Origin: the human T2T-CHM13v2.0 reference genome, Homo sapiens
Strand: one strand, 5' to 3'
Assembly (NCBI RefSeq): GCF_009914755.1
Contig: NC_060932.1
DNA: 64,000 bases
Part shown: positions 20,672 through 32,869 of the stretch, in pieces
Layout: each line of letters starts with the position of its first letter
Position numbering within the stretch: the first letter of the stretch is position 1
Notes under the pieces: model-generated
Seen by the model: the letters and a program-made list of their open reading frames with translations, nothing else
Database searches by the model: none
Told to the model about the DNA's origin: nothing
Program-made: the position numbers and the translations under genes

Positions 20672-21726
20672 CCTAGAAAATTTAGAAATTATAGAAAGTG
20701 AAATTTAATAAAATTAAAATTTCTTAAAGTGACCTGTCTCTAAGAGAATGTGACATGACATGTTTATCTAGAAAATTTAGACAGCATAGAAAGTGAAATT
20801 TAATAAAATAAAAAATAACTTTAGAGGGATCATCATTCAGAGATAAAAGTATTAAGATGTTGTTAATATCCTTTCATTTTCCTCTTTTAATGCTTACTGA
20901 ATTAAAAGAATAGAACTCCTATCTGCTTCTATACAAGAAATCGGTCAAGACAGTGGTGCTTTTTCTCTGAGCCTCATCAGGTCCCTTCAAGTGTCAGTTA
21001 GTCTCTAAGCTTTTGTCATAGTTTTGGATTTGCAAAGGGAATTCTGTAAATGTATTTAAGAGAAAGGCCTAGAGAGAGTTAAATTTTTATACACAAGAAA
21101 ACAAGAAAAAATTTCTGTTTCTGTGTTATTGAAAAAAAAGGATCAGACAAGAAAGGTGATTTTTAAAAAGAGAAAGAAAAGAGGGTCAAATTATGTGGTG
21201 GAGTAGCCAAAGACTTCTAAGAACAAGAATGTTTGATTTTCAATTTTAAGTCATTTTTACTTTGAGATGCAGTTCTCACAATCTCGTACACCTGTTACAA
21301 AAGGGCTTATCTGAGTGGCTTTGTGTGCATCGCAAGGAAAGGGACTCAGTTCCATTTGGAGTCAATGACAAGGCCAATGAGAAATTGCAACAAAACGTGG
21401 AGCAGAAAATTAGCATTTTCTAAGAGACAGACCGTCAGAGCCAAAAGTGACCATCAAGTATATCTTACCTGGAAATTCACAGAAATGTTAGGGAAGGCAT
21501 TAGACTTCAACAGAATACGGAATGGAATGGACATTTGAGCTAATCTTTTCTGGATTTTAAAAGGCAGAGTAACTGCTGAGTGTCATGGAAAGAATAAACT
21601 TATTGAGTATCTGATACCATTTTAGTCATGTACATTGTTTCCAAGTTTTACTACTTTATGTAAGTCTACAACTATAATGAGATGCCACAACTTGCTCATC
21701 AGAATGGGTAAGACGAAAAAGAATGA

Positions 21727-21847
21727 TGATATTAGGTGCTGGATATCCCAATCACCCTGATTTAAGCATTATACATTGAATACATGTATCAAAATGTCAC
21801 ATGTACCCCCAAAACCTGTGTAATTATATCAATTTATGAGATGTTTT
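21727..21847 (+). mobile_element. L1MA-type 3' end inserted in an older L1 ORF2 fragment (about 21670-22038)
   Basis: CACCCTGATTTAAGCATTATACATTG...CACATGTACCCC; TSD-like AAAAGAATGA/AAAAGACTGA. Confidence 0.7.
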
Positions 21848-22038
21848 AAAAGACTGAAAATACTAAGTGTTTTTTCAAGGATGTAGAGCAATAAAATTTC
21901 CTTACATCATTATTGAGAGTGTAAATGAAAACTCCAACTCTGGAAATTGTTAGGGTCAGAAAGTTTACCCCACAGCCCATCATTTTCATTCCTGAATATA
22001 TAACAAAGGGAAAATAGTGCATACAAACATCAAAAAGC

Positions 22039-23363
22039 TAAGTTGTCCATTCAGAAATTCCTTCTTGGCATGTATGTTTTCCAATTCTGAGAAAAATTAG
22101 TTGAGAAAGAGGGGAAAAAGTATTCTAATTTTCTTGCAAAAATTAAAGCTTCACAATTAACATAGAGACATTAGTTGTTGGAAGGAATATATTGAGTGAA
22201 GTAGGAAGCAAGAACAGAAACAGACAAGAATGGTAGTCAAAGGTTAAGGTCAATGTCTCCTGGGCCAGTGCAGGAGCATGTAGGTAGGAAATGGTCATGA
22301 TCTCATCAATTAGCAGTGCTTGTACTTGTGGCCATGTTCAAGTCTGTGTTCATGGCCCAGTCTGCATTCTTGCAAATAAAATAAACATTAGCACATGTAG
22401 ATTCATATAATACTTTATAAATCCTGGGAGGATGTCCCAAGAAACAAAAAATTTTGAAAGCAAAAGAAATCCTAAATTGTCAATATTGACATGTGATTCT
22501 GTGTGGCGCTGTTAACCTTTCAAGGAGATCTAAACGTTATTTGAATACTACTGAATAATGTTTGCTGGCACTTTTCAGTGTTTGAGTATTGGCTATAGGC
22601 TTCAGTTCTAAGTAAACATTTTACCAAAAGAGAGACAAAGAGAAGAAGATGTGACTGTTATGAAATACTCCAACATGGAATCAGAAACTGATCTAAATCT
22701 GAACTAGCAAAGATGATAGCACTTTCAATAATAAAATGAAAATCACAGCAGGCAGAAAAAATATTTTCCTCATTTTAAAAAAATAAGCTTATATGAAGCA
22801 ACATGCACCCCAACAGCCAAACTAAAGATGCTTTTGCTTGCAATCAATGATTCAGCCAGTGTCATGATGAAAATGAAAGAAATTGCCCACATCTTTGATA
22901 TTTCTCATAAAACAAAGATAAAGATTACCTGATAGAAAAATGAAGACTGAATGTTTAAAATCTTTATTTTAAAAATAGCTTTAGAATAATTGTGATATTA
23001 TCTTTCAACCTTTAAAATGATTATTAAGCATTAATTTTGTGTTAATAATCCCTTCTTTTAATGTTTTCTGGTGTCAAGTTCTTTACATTGTATTGAAATA
23101 CATAATCTTGTCATAATATCTTGGTAGGTAATAATAATTAACCGTGCATGTATTAAATACTTTTTTAAACCAAAAAAAAAGCATCTGGAACTTTCAGTAT
23201 AACCCTGTTATAAAACAAGTGATTGAATCTTTACTATGTCCATTCATTATTAGTTTAAAATACAAATAAAATGTAATGAAAAACACAACTTATGATTTCA
23301 GAAATTCTGATTTCTTATTTGCAAGTTCCAAAATTACTAAAGTTAAGGAATTTGGAAGCACTA
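22039..23363. mobile_element. Candidate ancient hAT-like DNA transposon
   Basis: Interrupts an L1 fragment; 8-bp flanks CAAAAAGC/CAAAAAGT; degenerate inverted ends share AAATTCCTT. Confidence 0.45.
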
Positions 23364-23564
23364 CAAAAAGTCATATAAAAGAACAGCTCTAGCTCTATTC
23401 ATAATAAATAAGGCTAGAACAACCCCTTATTAATATTTCCCCTAAATGATAGCTCTAATTATAAATAAAGCACATGTCCTTGTCAGAAGGTTTCAGTGAA
23501 ATGAAACCAATCAGTGATAGACAAATCAGCTTAAACAGCTCCACTTGCCCTAAAAAGAATGTTC

Positions 23565-23744
23565 ATTATGGATGGAGCTGGAGGCCATTACTCTTAGCAA
23601 ATTTATGCAGGAAGAGAAAACCCAAATACCACATGTTCTAACTTGTGGTTAGACACAAAGAGGGGAACACTGGGGCCTACTTAAAGGTGAAGGGTGAGAG
23701 GAGGGAGAGAAAAAAAAAAAGAAAACAAGTTAAAAAAAAAAAGA
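23565..23744 (+). mobile_element. Short, internally deleted L1PA 3' end
   Basis: ATGGATGGAGCTGGAGGCCATT...CACTGGGGCCTACTT; TSD AAAAAGAATGTTC at 23552-23564 and 23745-23757. Confidence 0.85.
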
Positions 23745-24547
23745 AAAAAGAATGTTCTTGTATAAAAGCCAATCCAGAAAAAGGTCAAAATACTTTCTCA
23801 TTTATCCTTTGCAAGCTGCACAGTAACTACTTAGTGTAGAGCTTCTTACCACTTCCAGTTTCAGTTGTCTTGGTTCTGGAATTGTTGTTTCATATGCACA
23901 ATACAACTCTGCAATTTTTAAATTTGATCTGATTTTATTTTTGACACAGGAAGTGAAAAGACAACCAACAAAAGGGGAGAAAATATGTAACAATCATATT
24001 TCTAATAAGGGACTATTATCTACAGTATATAAAGAGCTCTTACTGATCAATAATAAAGATAAGTAACCTCATTTAAAAACCAGCAAAGGATTTGGGTAGA
24101 TATTTCTTTGAGATATGCAAATATTTGATAAGCACATGAAAAAATGTTCAACATAGTTAGTCATCAGGGAAATACAAATAAAAGCCACAATGAGATACCA
24201 CTACATACACACTATAGTAGCTATCATTAACGAGACAGACAGTAACAAATGTTGGCAAGAAAGTGGAGAAACTGGAATCTTCATACATTGCTCTTCAGAA
24301 TGTAAAATGGTGGAACCAGTTTGGAAAACAGTCTGCTAGTTCCTTAAAGGGTGAAGCATAGATTTTCCATATAATCCAGGATTTTACTCCTAGGTACAGA
24401 CCCAACAGAATTATAATCATATGTCCACACAAAAACATACACAAGAATGTTCATAGCAGCATTATCCATAGTAGCCAGAAAGTGAAAACAGCCCAAATGT
24501 CCATCAACTAATAAATTAATAAGCAAAATGAGGTACAAAATGAGGTA

Positions 24548-25003
24548 CAGTTGGCACTCTGTATCCTAGAGTTCCATATCTGAGAATCTGACCACTATTC
24601 AAAAATATTCAAAGAATAACTCTCCAGGGTGGTGGTGTATGTCTGTAGTCCCAGCTACTCAGGAGACTGAGGAGTGAGGATCGCTTGAGCCCAGGAGTTT
24701 GGTTGAGTTCAGCCCAAGCAACACAGCGAGATGCAATCACTAAAAATAAAAAAAGAAAAAGAAAAAAAGAAAAAATAATTTAAAATAACAATACAACAAT
24801 AAAAATAATAGAAGTCAAAAATACAATATAACAACTATTTAGAGAACATTGTGTTCAGTATTAAAGTATGCAAGAAGATGTATATAGATTATATGCAAAT
24901 ACTATGCCATTTTATATAAGGGACTTGAGGATTTTTGGATTTTGGTGTCTGCATCAGGAGGGGTTCCTGGAATCAATCCCCCTTGGATACCAAGGGATGA
25001 CAG
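24548..25003 (-). mobile_element. MER2 (TcMar-Tigger) containing an Alu monomer
   Basis: Ends CAGTTGGCACTCTGTATCC and GGATACCAAGGGATGACAG, both flanked by TA. Confidence 0.8.
24622..24772 (+). mobile_element. Alu monomer (FLAM-like)
   Basis: Single arm GTAGTCCCAGCTACTC...GGATCGCTTGAGCCCAGGAGTTT followed by an A-rich tail. Confidence 0.85.
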
Positions 25004-25343
25004 TATATACATACAATAAAATATTATTCAACCTTAAAAAGGAATGAAGCCTTGGAAATATGTTAAGAGAAAAAATGAGACACAAAATGTCATATATTGA
25101 ATGATTCCATTAATATGAAAATGTCCAGAATAAGCAAATCCATAGAGACAGAAAGCAAATTCATGGTTTCCAGGTGCTGGAGGGAGGAGAGAATGGAGAG
25201 TGACCACTGATGGATGTGAGGCTTCTTTCTGAGGTGGCGAAAATGTTCTGGAATGAGGTAGTGGTGATGGTTCACGACTTCGTCAATATACTAAAATATA
25301 CACTTTAAAGGGGGCATTTTATGGTGTGTAAATTTTATCTCAA

Positions 25344-25636
<293 letters not shown>

Positions 25637-25929
25637 TCAATTTTAAAAATAGTGTGTATCCAGGAGCCTGGGTGAAATTACTACAGGAATGAAGGTAGAT
25701 AGAAAATGCCCAAGGACTGAGACCTGGGACATTTCCATGCTTAGTGTGAATCTGGACATTATGAGTAACCATCAAAGATATCTACAAAGAAGCCCCAGTA
25801 ATATTTTTTAAACATACCCCAAATTCATTAACTGTCTTTGCATAAAAGTGTACAAGCGTGGCTTTTCATGACTTGTTTATAATGAATAGAATGTGGTAGC
25901 AATGTAAAATAAAAATTTTCCACCACACA

Positions 25930-26880
25930 CTTGTTGAAAAGTGGCAAGCTATACATAAAGATCCACTAACAAGTCTCAACATTGGAAAAAGATAAGTGTC
26001 ACAAACATGGCAGATAAAGCATTCACATCCAGAAATATATAAGAAATTTCTATAAATTAGAAGAAAAAAGACTACCAAAAATGAGGACAATGAACAAAAG
26101 TGATAAACAGATAACTCATAAAATAGGAAATACAAATGGCCAATAAACACATTAAACTATTCTGAATATTATTAGCTGTCAGAGCTATATTAGGCTAGAG
26201 AGCAACGAAGTAGTTAGACTCTGTGGGTGAGGCTATAAATGGCTAGCATCAGTTTGTGGAATAATTAGGCGTTATATTGTAAGGCTGAACATGCATAACC
26301 TCTCCCAACCATTCCATCCCCAGGTAATTATTGAGACATTCCTTCACACATACAAAAGATTTATGCAAGAATGATCATAGCATTGTTCTTCATCACAATA
26401 AAATAAAACAAACAACCCAAATGTCCATGAATCAAGAATAAATAAGTTTTGTATAATCACAGCATAGAATTTCTATTTCAGCATAAGTCAAAGAAGTATA
26501 GCAACACTCTTTGTCATAGATGAATCTTAGATATATAATGTAAAATGGAAACAGCGAGTCTCTAAGAACCACATACAGAATATTTTTATAAGACTCAAGA
26601 ACAAATCTGAGACATATTACTTAGTGATGCATGAACATGTAGTAAAGGTAAAAACAAATAGCTGTGGAATAACAAAATAAATATCAAGGCAGTATATTCC
26701 TCCAAAAGAAGAGGAAGGCAGGGGCACTCAGTTGAAGCACACAGATAACTTCATATTATTGGTAAATTTGAGGGTCTTACCTTGGTCAGTGACATCACAG
26801 TACTTTTAAAAATGTTTCATGATCTTTATATACATTATGTGCATTAATTGTATGTCTAAATGTTATGTAATTTCAAAATG
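25930..26880 (+). mobile_element. L1ME-type ORF2 end and 3'UTR
   Basis: CAAATGGCCAATAAACAC, CAACCCAAATGTCCAT, GATGAATCTTAGA. Confidence 0.7.
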
Positions 26881-26902
26881 CATTGAGAGAGAAGAGCCAC
26901 AA

Positions 26903-27384
26903 TGATGCAGAAGAAGCAAGCCCTGAAATTCGGGCTTAGTCAAGGAGGGTTCTTGGCTTCACCCAGGAAAGAATTCCAGGGTGAGCCAGTGGTGTTAGAC
27001 AGCAACTTTTATTGAGGTGGCAGAGTACAGCAGCAGCACACGTACTGCACCTTGCAGAGCAGGGCTACCCCATAGGCAGAGTGCCAAGAACAGCAGCTCA
27101 GGGCAGTTCTGCACTCATATTTATACCTACTATATGAAAATTAAGGGGGCAGTTTATGCAGAAATTTCTAGAAAAATAATGATAACTTCCAGGTTGTCAA
27201 GGTCATTGCCATGGAAAGGGAGAGTAACTTCTGAGTGTTGGCATGGCAATGGTAAACTAACATGGCATACTGGTGGGTGTGTCTTACGGAAAGTTGCTTC
27301 CACACTGGACCTATTTTAGCTAGTCCTCAATTTGGTCCAGTGTCCAAGACCCACCCCCAGAGTAAAGTCCCACCTCTTACCTCA
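26903..27384 (-). mobile_element. MER66-family (ERV1) solo LTR
   Basis: TGATGCAG...CCCAGGAAAGAATT...TTTTATTGA (minus-strand polyA signal)...TACCTCA; 4-bp TSD ACAA/ACAG. Confidence 0.8.
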
Positions 27385-27794
27385 ACAGGAATATCAATGA
27401 GACCTGTATCTATAATTGTACCCCACAGCCTTCTTGAGCACCTTGGCAACCAGCCTTAACATGGGAACTCACACATTGATAGAACAGAGAGACAGAAAGA
27501 AACTGAATCCTCAGATTTCTGTCATATATAAAGATATTAATATATTTTTATTCATTATTTAAATCAATTGCCCTTTTTAAATTCAAAATAAATAAATAAT
27601 CTTTTGCAGAGAAAAGCCAAAATACAGAAGCAAAAATTAAAGAAAATAAGACAACAATAATTCTTTCCTTCTCCCTCCCCCATAAATGACCACTGTTAAG
27701 ATCTTAATATCTAATCCTTCCTCAACTTCTACAGGTTTTTATATTGTGTATGTAGTTCTTCTCCCTAACTGTGCCATGAATTACTAGAGGACAT

Positions 27795-27870
27795 TGATTC
27801 ATTTAACAGACATATATTGAGTGCCTTTTGTGTGTCAATCATTGTTCTAAGAATAGGAATACAAAATGAA
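27795..27870 (-). mobile_element. L2 3' end fragment
   Basis: ATTCATTTAACAGACATATATTGAGTGCC. Confidence 0.65.
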
Positions 27871-28639
27871 ATACTATACTGCCTATCGGGGACCTACCCA
27901 TGGACCAGCACCACCCAGCTCTCTCCTCTCACCACTGCAGGCCTACAGGTGATGGAAAAGACCTCACAGTCTAGTCATGTGCCCTCCCCACCACATAGCT
28001 CCCATAACTACCACCTCCTCCTCTAGCACCTAAGCCCCTGCCAAGCTCATCTTATATTAACTGATAAATTATAGAATTTACCAGTTGTCCCTCTTACCCC
28101 AATTTCTAAAACTGAAATTCTTATTTCCAAATTAGTATTTATTCATCTTGAGGTGGAAAAAAAGATGAAATTAAACTAAAATAGGAAACCTGAGTTTCTA
28201 TGGCAAATAGAGAAATACCCCACATATTTGAAGAACAGTTTTTGTTAACTTGGGTGTAGTGTCGTCATTAAATGAGGAGCAGTCTTAACACAGAGATTCT
28301 GCTGTATTCAGTGCCAGCTAAGCTCTTATTTTGGTAAGTACCAGCCAAGCATACATGGGAAAATGAAGGGATACATTTTTTGCAATTTTCTAGCATTCTA
28401 AAGAGAATATTATTTCTAAAACATGTATTTCATCAAAGGAGCAACTTGTACACTGTTACATTACCTTACAAGATTTCCTTCTAGATGGATAAATGAAAGA
28501 AACTCTTCTTTGATCTCACACCAGCACAATGTAATTCTTTCCTGCATGAATCATGGTCTTCCCTGTATCAGCTGTGAGTGAATATGACAATGAGATTGTG
28601 CATGCATGAGCTCAGAATGAGCCATCTTCATCTGTCTTC

Positions 28640-29219
28640 TAGCAGACACCTTCTACAGGGCCTGTCCAGCCTGGCTTTCTCTTCTCTGAGGGCTACTTAC
28701 CCCCACTCTCAGGGTACTCATGTTTGTACTACATGATGTGGATCTCCTGGCCATAGCTACTTAAACAAACATGGAGTGCTGACCCTATCTGGGGAAACCC
28801 AATTGTTCTTCTAAGATTTAAGAGCCATAGTGAACCTGAGTGAGTCATTAGAATTGAGGACTTGTAAACTGGTGATTAAGTAGGGACCATCTTCCACCAG
28901 GTGCACAAAGAAGCATAGAAAGCCTGACATGAGGATTGTATTGAGGGGTGGGAGGTGGAGAAAGGGAGAGAGAGAAGACACTCAGAGGGAAGCAGCTAGA
29001 AAAGACCCATTTGGACTCAGAAGGGCACAGAGCATGGCTGTCTTGCTTCTCAATGACCCTCCAGTTCCAGTTCCAGCCCCTAATGAGAGAGGCTCTGCAG
29101 ACCTTACTTACAGAAGTTACCCTGCAGCCTTATAATGCATCATCCCATGACTTGCTTTCTTTTCTTTAACATATTTGAGTGGGTTTCTATTATACAAAGC
29201 CAAATTGACCCTGATAACA
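28640..29219 (+). mobile_element. Old MaLR LTR (MLT1K/L-like)
   Basis: 3' end TTTGAGTGGGTTTCTATTATACAAAGCCAAATTGACCCTGATAACA resembles the MLT1 terminus. Confidence 0.45.
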
Positions 29220-29299
29220 AGTGTATCTGTTCAGGCCAAAGAAATGGTGGCAATGTCCAAATTAGGCAGTTTGGGAAGGCTTTCATGAAGAGACTTTCT

Positions 29300-29629
<330 letters not shown>

Positions 29630-29700
29630 TAAAGAAACCACAGGAATAGTGCAATACTCTTGGGATAGTATCAACTTCTCCATCCCTAGGCCTGGAATAG

Positions 29701-29748
29701 TGACAGAAAGGGGAATGGAGTGACAGAAAGGGGAATGGAGAGACAGAA
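29701..29748 (+). repeat. 20-bp perfect tandem duplication
   Basis: TGACAGAAAGGGGAATGGAG twice, plus a partial third copy. Confidence 0.95.
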
Positions 29749-30401
29749 GCTCTGACTTTTGAGAAACACAGCCAGCTCTGGAGACACCACAGGGAGGGAG
29801 CCAGGGCTTTCATTGCCCCGGCCTTTCTTTGCTTCCCTCCCTCTGATGTCTTGCCATTGCTCCCCATTGGCCAGACCCATCAAAAGCCAAAAGCAAGAGA
29901 GCACTTCCATGAAAGGCAATGCAGGGCAAGTCATGGAGGATGGGAGTGGATGGAGGGGCAGCAAGTAATAGCGAGCACAGGTGCCCCGGCCCACGGCCGC
30001 TTTTACTATACCACATGCCTCTCACAATTATGATTGCCATGTTCACTGATCTCACATTTTATTATGACTCATCAAATATTTATTTATCAGCTCCTACTTG
30101 TGTGGTATTATGTTTGGTTCCGAGAAGACATTGATCTCAAGTCAGACCAGGTTCCTATCTATTGGGTCTACTCTTATTTTTATATGGATCAGCTGTTTAA
30201 AACACAGAGCTGTTGTTGCATTTCTGTGTGCTTGTGCAATGTTCCTACTCTCCTTTAGGTCTCATTCATATGGTTAGGCACCAACTGAGGGCAATGAGTA
30301 TGTTGGCTGTATTTTCAATGTCAGAAAACCTAACATGGTTAGCTTTTGTAATTAAAGTTTTTATTTCCTGGTGGAAGAGATAAAAGGAAAGTTGTAATTT
30401 A

Positions 30402-30430
30402 AACACACATACACACACACACACACACAC
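30402..30430. repeat. (CA)n microsatellite
   Basis: Read directly. Confidence 0.95.
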
Positions 30431-30674
30431 TCTAAAATTCCAAAGTATTTGTAAGTATAAGTGTGCACAAAAATTTACACTGGGATTGGTAGTCCGCAAA
30501 TTGTCTTTCTTGTGTTTCTCTTTTTGCCTCTTAAAATTCCAAAGTACCTTGAATGTTAGGAATCTTGCTGGGCCCTGTCTTTTCGCAAACCATCCAGCAG
30601 CTTTGTCTATATTAAGGATCCTGAGTGTGGCAGTAAGAAATCTGGCTTTTAACCCATAACCTAGTTGTGTGTCT

Positions 30675-30870
30675 CCATCCATTTGTACATACATCCATCC
30701 ATAAATACACTCATCCATCTATCTATCCATCCATTTATTCATTCATTTATTAATTCATCCATCTAACATTAACTGCTTACTAATTTATGCCAGGAACTGA
30801 TAAAAAAAAATCTGAAATCATAAAAATGAGACATCTCCAACCTCAAAAAGCTCTAATAGGGGAAGACACA
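30675..30870 (-). mobile_element. (TCCA)n-like tract and L2 3' end
   Basis: CATCCATCCATTTATTCATTCA...TTTATGCCAGGAACTG. Confidence 0.6.
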
Positions 30871-31852
30871 TATTAACCAAGGATATTCATACCATATTGC
30901 AGGAATTAACATGAACTTTGTAATCAAGACATGAAAACTCCTGGGGAAAACTTAAATAAGTAAAAGAAGCCATTCTGAAAAGGCTACATACTGAATGTTT
31001 CAAAAAATAAGCCACTACACAACATTAAAGCATTGTAAATATTTCTCTTATGGGACTTACTAATTTTGCCCTATGCTTAGTGTGTGTTTACTTCTTCCTT
31101 AAAACTATAAACTCCTGAGACAGGAGCCCTGGACTTTCCATCCCTGTTTCAGTCCAAATGCCCAGTGCATTGTATTTCAGAGGGTGGATGATCAGGGAGT
31201 ATCAGTGAATGTCAACTGCATTATAAGTTTCCAAAGCAGGGTTTCTTTAGCTTCAGAGGATCTATGCAATGATATGCAAAATGTTATATTTATGAGCATA
31301 AGCTATGAAACAAGGTCCATAGCTTTCATCAGATTTTCAAAAGGTCCCATCTCTAAAAAAGGTTAAGGATTATAGTCCCATGGTTAAACTAAGTATGTAA
31401 CTAACTGATAAAGTTCTCAGCACAATGCATGACATGTGAGACTTCAAAATGCCTTCACAGAATAGCAACAATGACACTACTATCAGAGGGACACTCATTG
31501 CAGGAGGATGTCTTTGCTTCCATCTCAGGCAGACTCCATAAAAAAAAGGAAAAAAATCTATGAACATTTTATTAAGAGATAATCCCTCTCTAGGTTCACT
31601 TACAGATAAAAAAAAAAAGTTAGGTTTTATTATTGTAGTCTCTTCTCATCATCTGGTTTTGCAGAAAATCCTGCTGCTGAACTCCCAGGGGGAACACTTA
31701 ATGATCAATCCAATGTTACAAGAAACACTAGGGACACAGGAAGGAACAGAGACTGTTAATCATGCCATATTACAGGAAGAAAGAGTTTGTTCTCCATTAA
31801 AGATACCTCATGCTGGGCAACAAAACAGCAGACCAGGGATGGAGTGTGGGCT

Positions 31853-32727
31853 TGTAGTGAAATACTATAATTTTATGTTGCCTTGGCTTCCATTTTGAAT
31901 ATAAGTTGGACTTTCTCATACCAGAAGCAAGACTTAGTCACCCTTGACAGTTTCCAGTTCTCTGCCTCCTCCCAGTGTCTCAATGTGGTTGATGCAGATA
32001 TCTGCTTTATACAACTGTCTCCCAGTGACCACCTCCCTATGGGACAGCTGGATGCAACCTACGTGACCTGCCCCACTGACCCTACACCCTGCATGGACTG
32101 TGTAGACATGCTGCAGCAACCTACTGTCAGTCACAGCGTGACTCATGGAACTTGCACCTGCTTGCTGTAAACCTGAATTCCCTGAGGGAAACCTGCTTGG
32201 GTAACCCCCTGAATCCTAATACAGTCTCTGGCCCACAGGCTTCTCTTTATTTTGCTTCCCACCGGCTGGTTGAGTCTGCATGTCCCAATGGCTCCCCACT
32301 CCCAGTTGGCCTATGAGGCCTGCTGCTGCTTCTTTCCAGGATCTGTGAGTAATAAACTGCTTCTGTTATTTCATGTCTTCTGTTGAGTTGCCTTATCTGT
32401 TTCTCATTCGACCAACAGATTGGACCTAACTTCTTTCCCCACCAGGGTGGTGCTAAGGAATGGCTATCTTGGTAGGAATAAACTGGATACAGATCAGACA
32501 AGAGCCACAGGGTGTCTTCCAGGATACACAAGCTTCTTGTGGCAGGGACACCTGATCACAAGTTTAGCACTTAGGCATCAGGTGGTCCACCGGGATAGAG
32601 AAGAATCCCACGAAAAGTTCACTGTAAACATTCATGACCAAATTCCTGGATCCCTCCCAGCACAGAGCTAGAGTCTAATCGCCACTCTTCAGAGAGACAT
32701 CTCAAAACCAAATAAGAGAAAAATACA
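31853..32727 (+). mobile_element. MER54-like ERVL solo LTR
   Basis: TGTAGTG...ACCAGAAGCAAGACTTAGTCACCCTTGACA...GTAATAAAC...AAAAATACA; 5-bp TSD GGGCT/AGGCT. Confidence 0.75.
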
Positions 32728-32869
32728 AGGCTCCACAGATACAAATAGATGTGTGTGCTCTCCTACACCTCCCATGGTTGAGCCACATATGCTCCTTTTT
32801 GTTGACCTCTTTGGTCTGGACAAGAGGATTAAATAGTGACCTCCCTATCCTCTTTGGGTACCACCCTAT

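Larger units (their letters stand above)
20176..20814 (+). repeat. About 95-bp tandem duplication (copy 1 split by THE1 LTR; copy 2 at 20720-20814)
   Basis: TTTCTTAAAGTGAC..GTCTCTAAGAGAAT...CTAGAAAATTTAGA...ATAGAAAGTGAAATTTAATAAAAT occurs twice. Confidence 0.9.
23945..25342 (+). mobile_element. L1MB-type ORF2 end and 3'UTR, interrupted by MER2
   Basis: AAGCACATGAAAAAATGTTCAACA, CCCAAATGTCCATCAAC, terminal GTAAATTTTATCTCAAT. Confidence 0.85.

Noticed and set aside
21463-21472. Isolated strong splice donors (minus-strand CAG|GTAAG here; + strand TG|GTAAGT at about 28334)
   Set aside because: No convincing paired acceptor or reading frame, so no gene model can be built.
30266-30718. 150-aa minus-strand ORF
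   Set aside because: Runs through (CA)n and (TCCA)n repeats with no recognisable domain; likely chance.
32445-32700. Weak inverted repeat (GGAATGGCTAT ... ATCGCCACTC) within the MER54-like LTR as a nested DNA transposon
   Set aside because: Too degenerate here, no TSD visible, and probably an intrinsic part of the LTR consensus.
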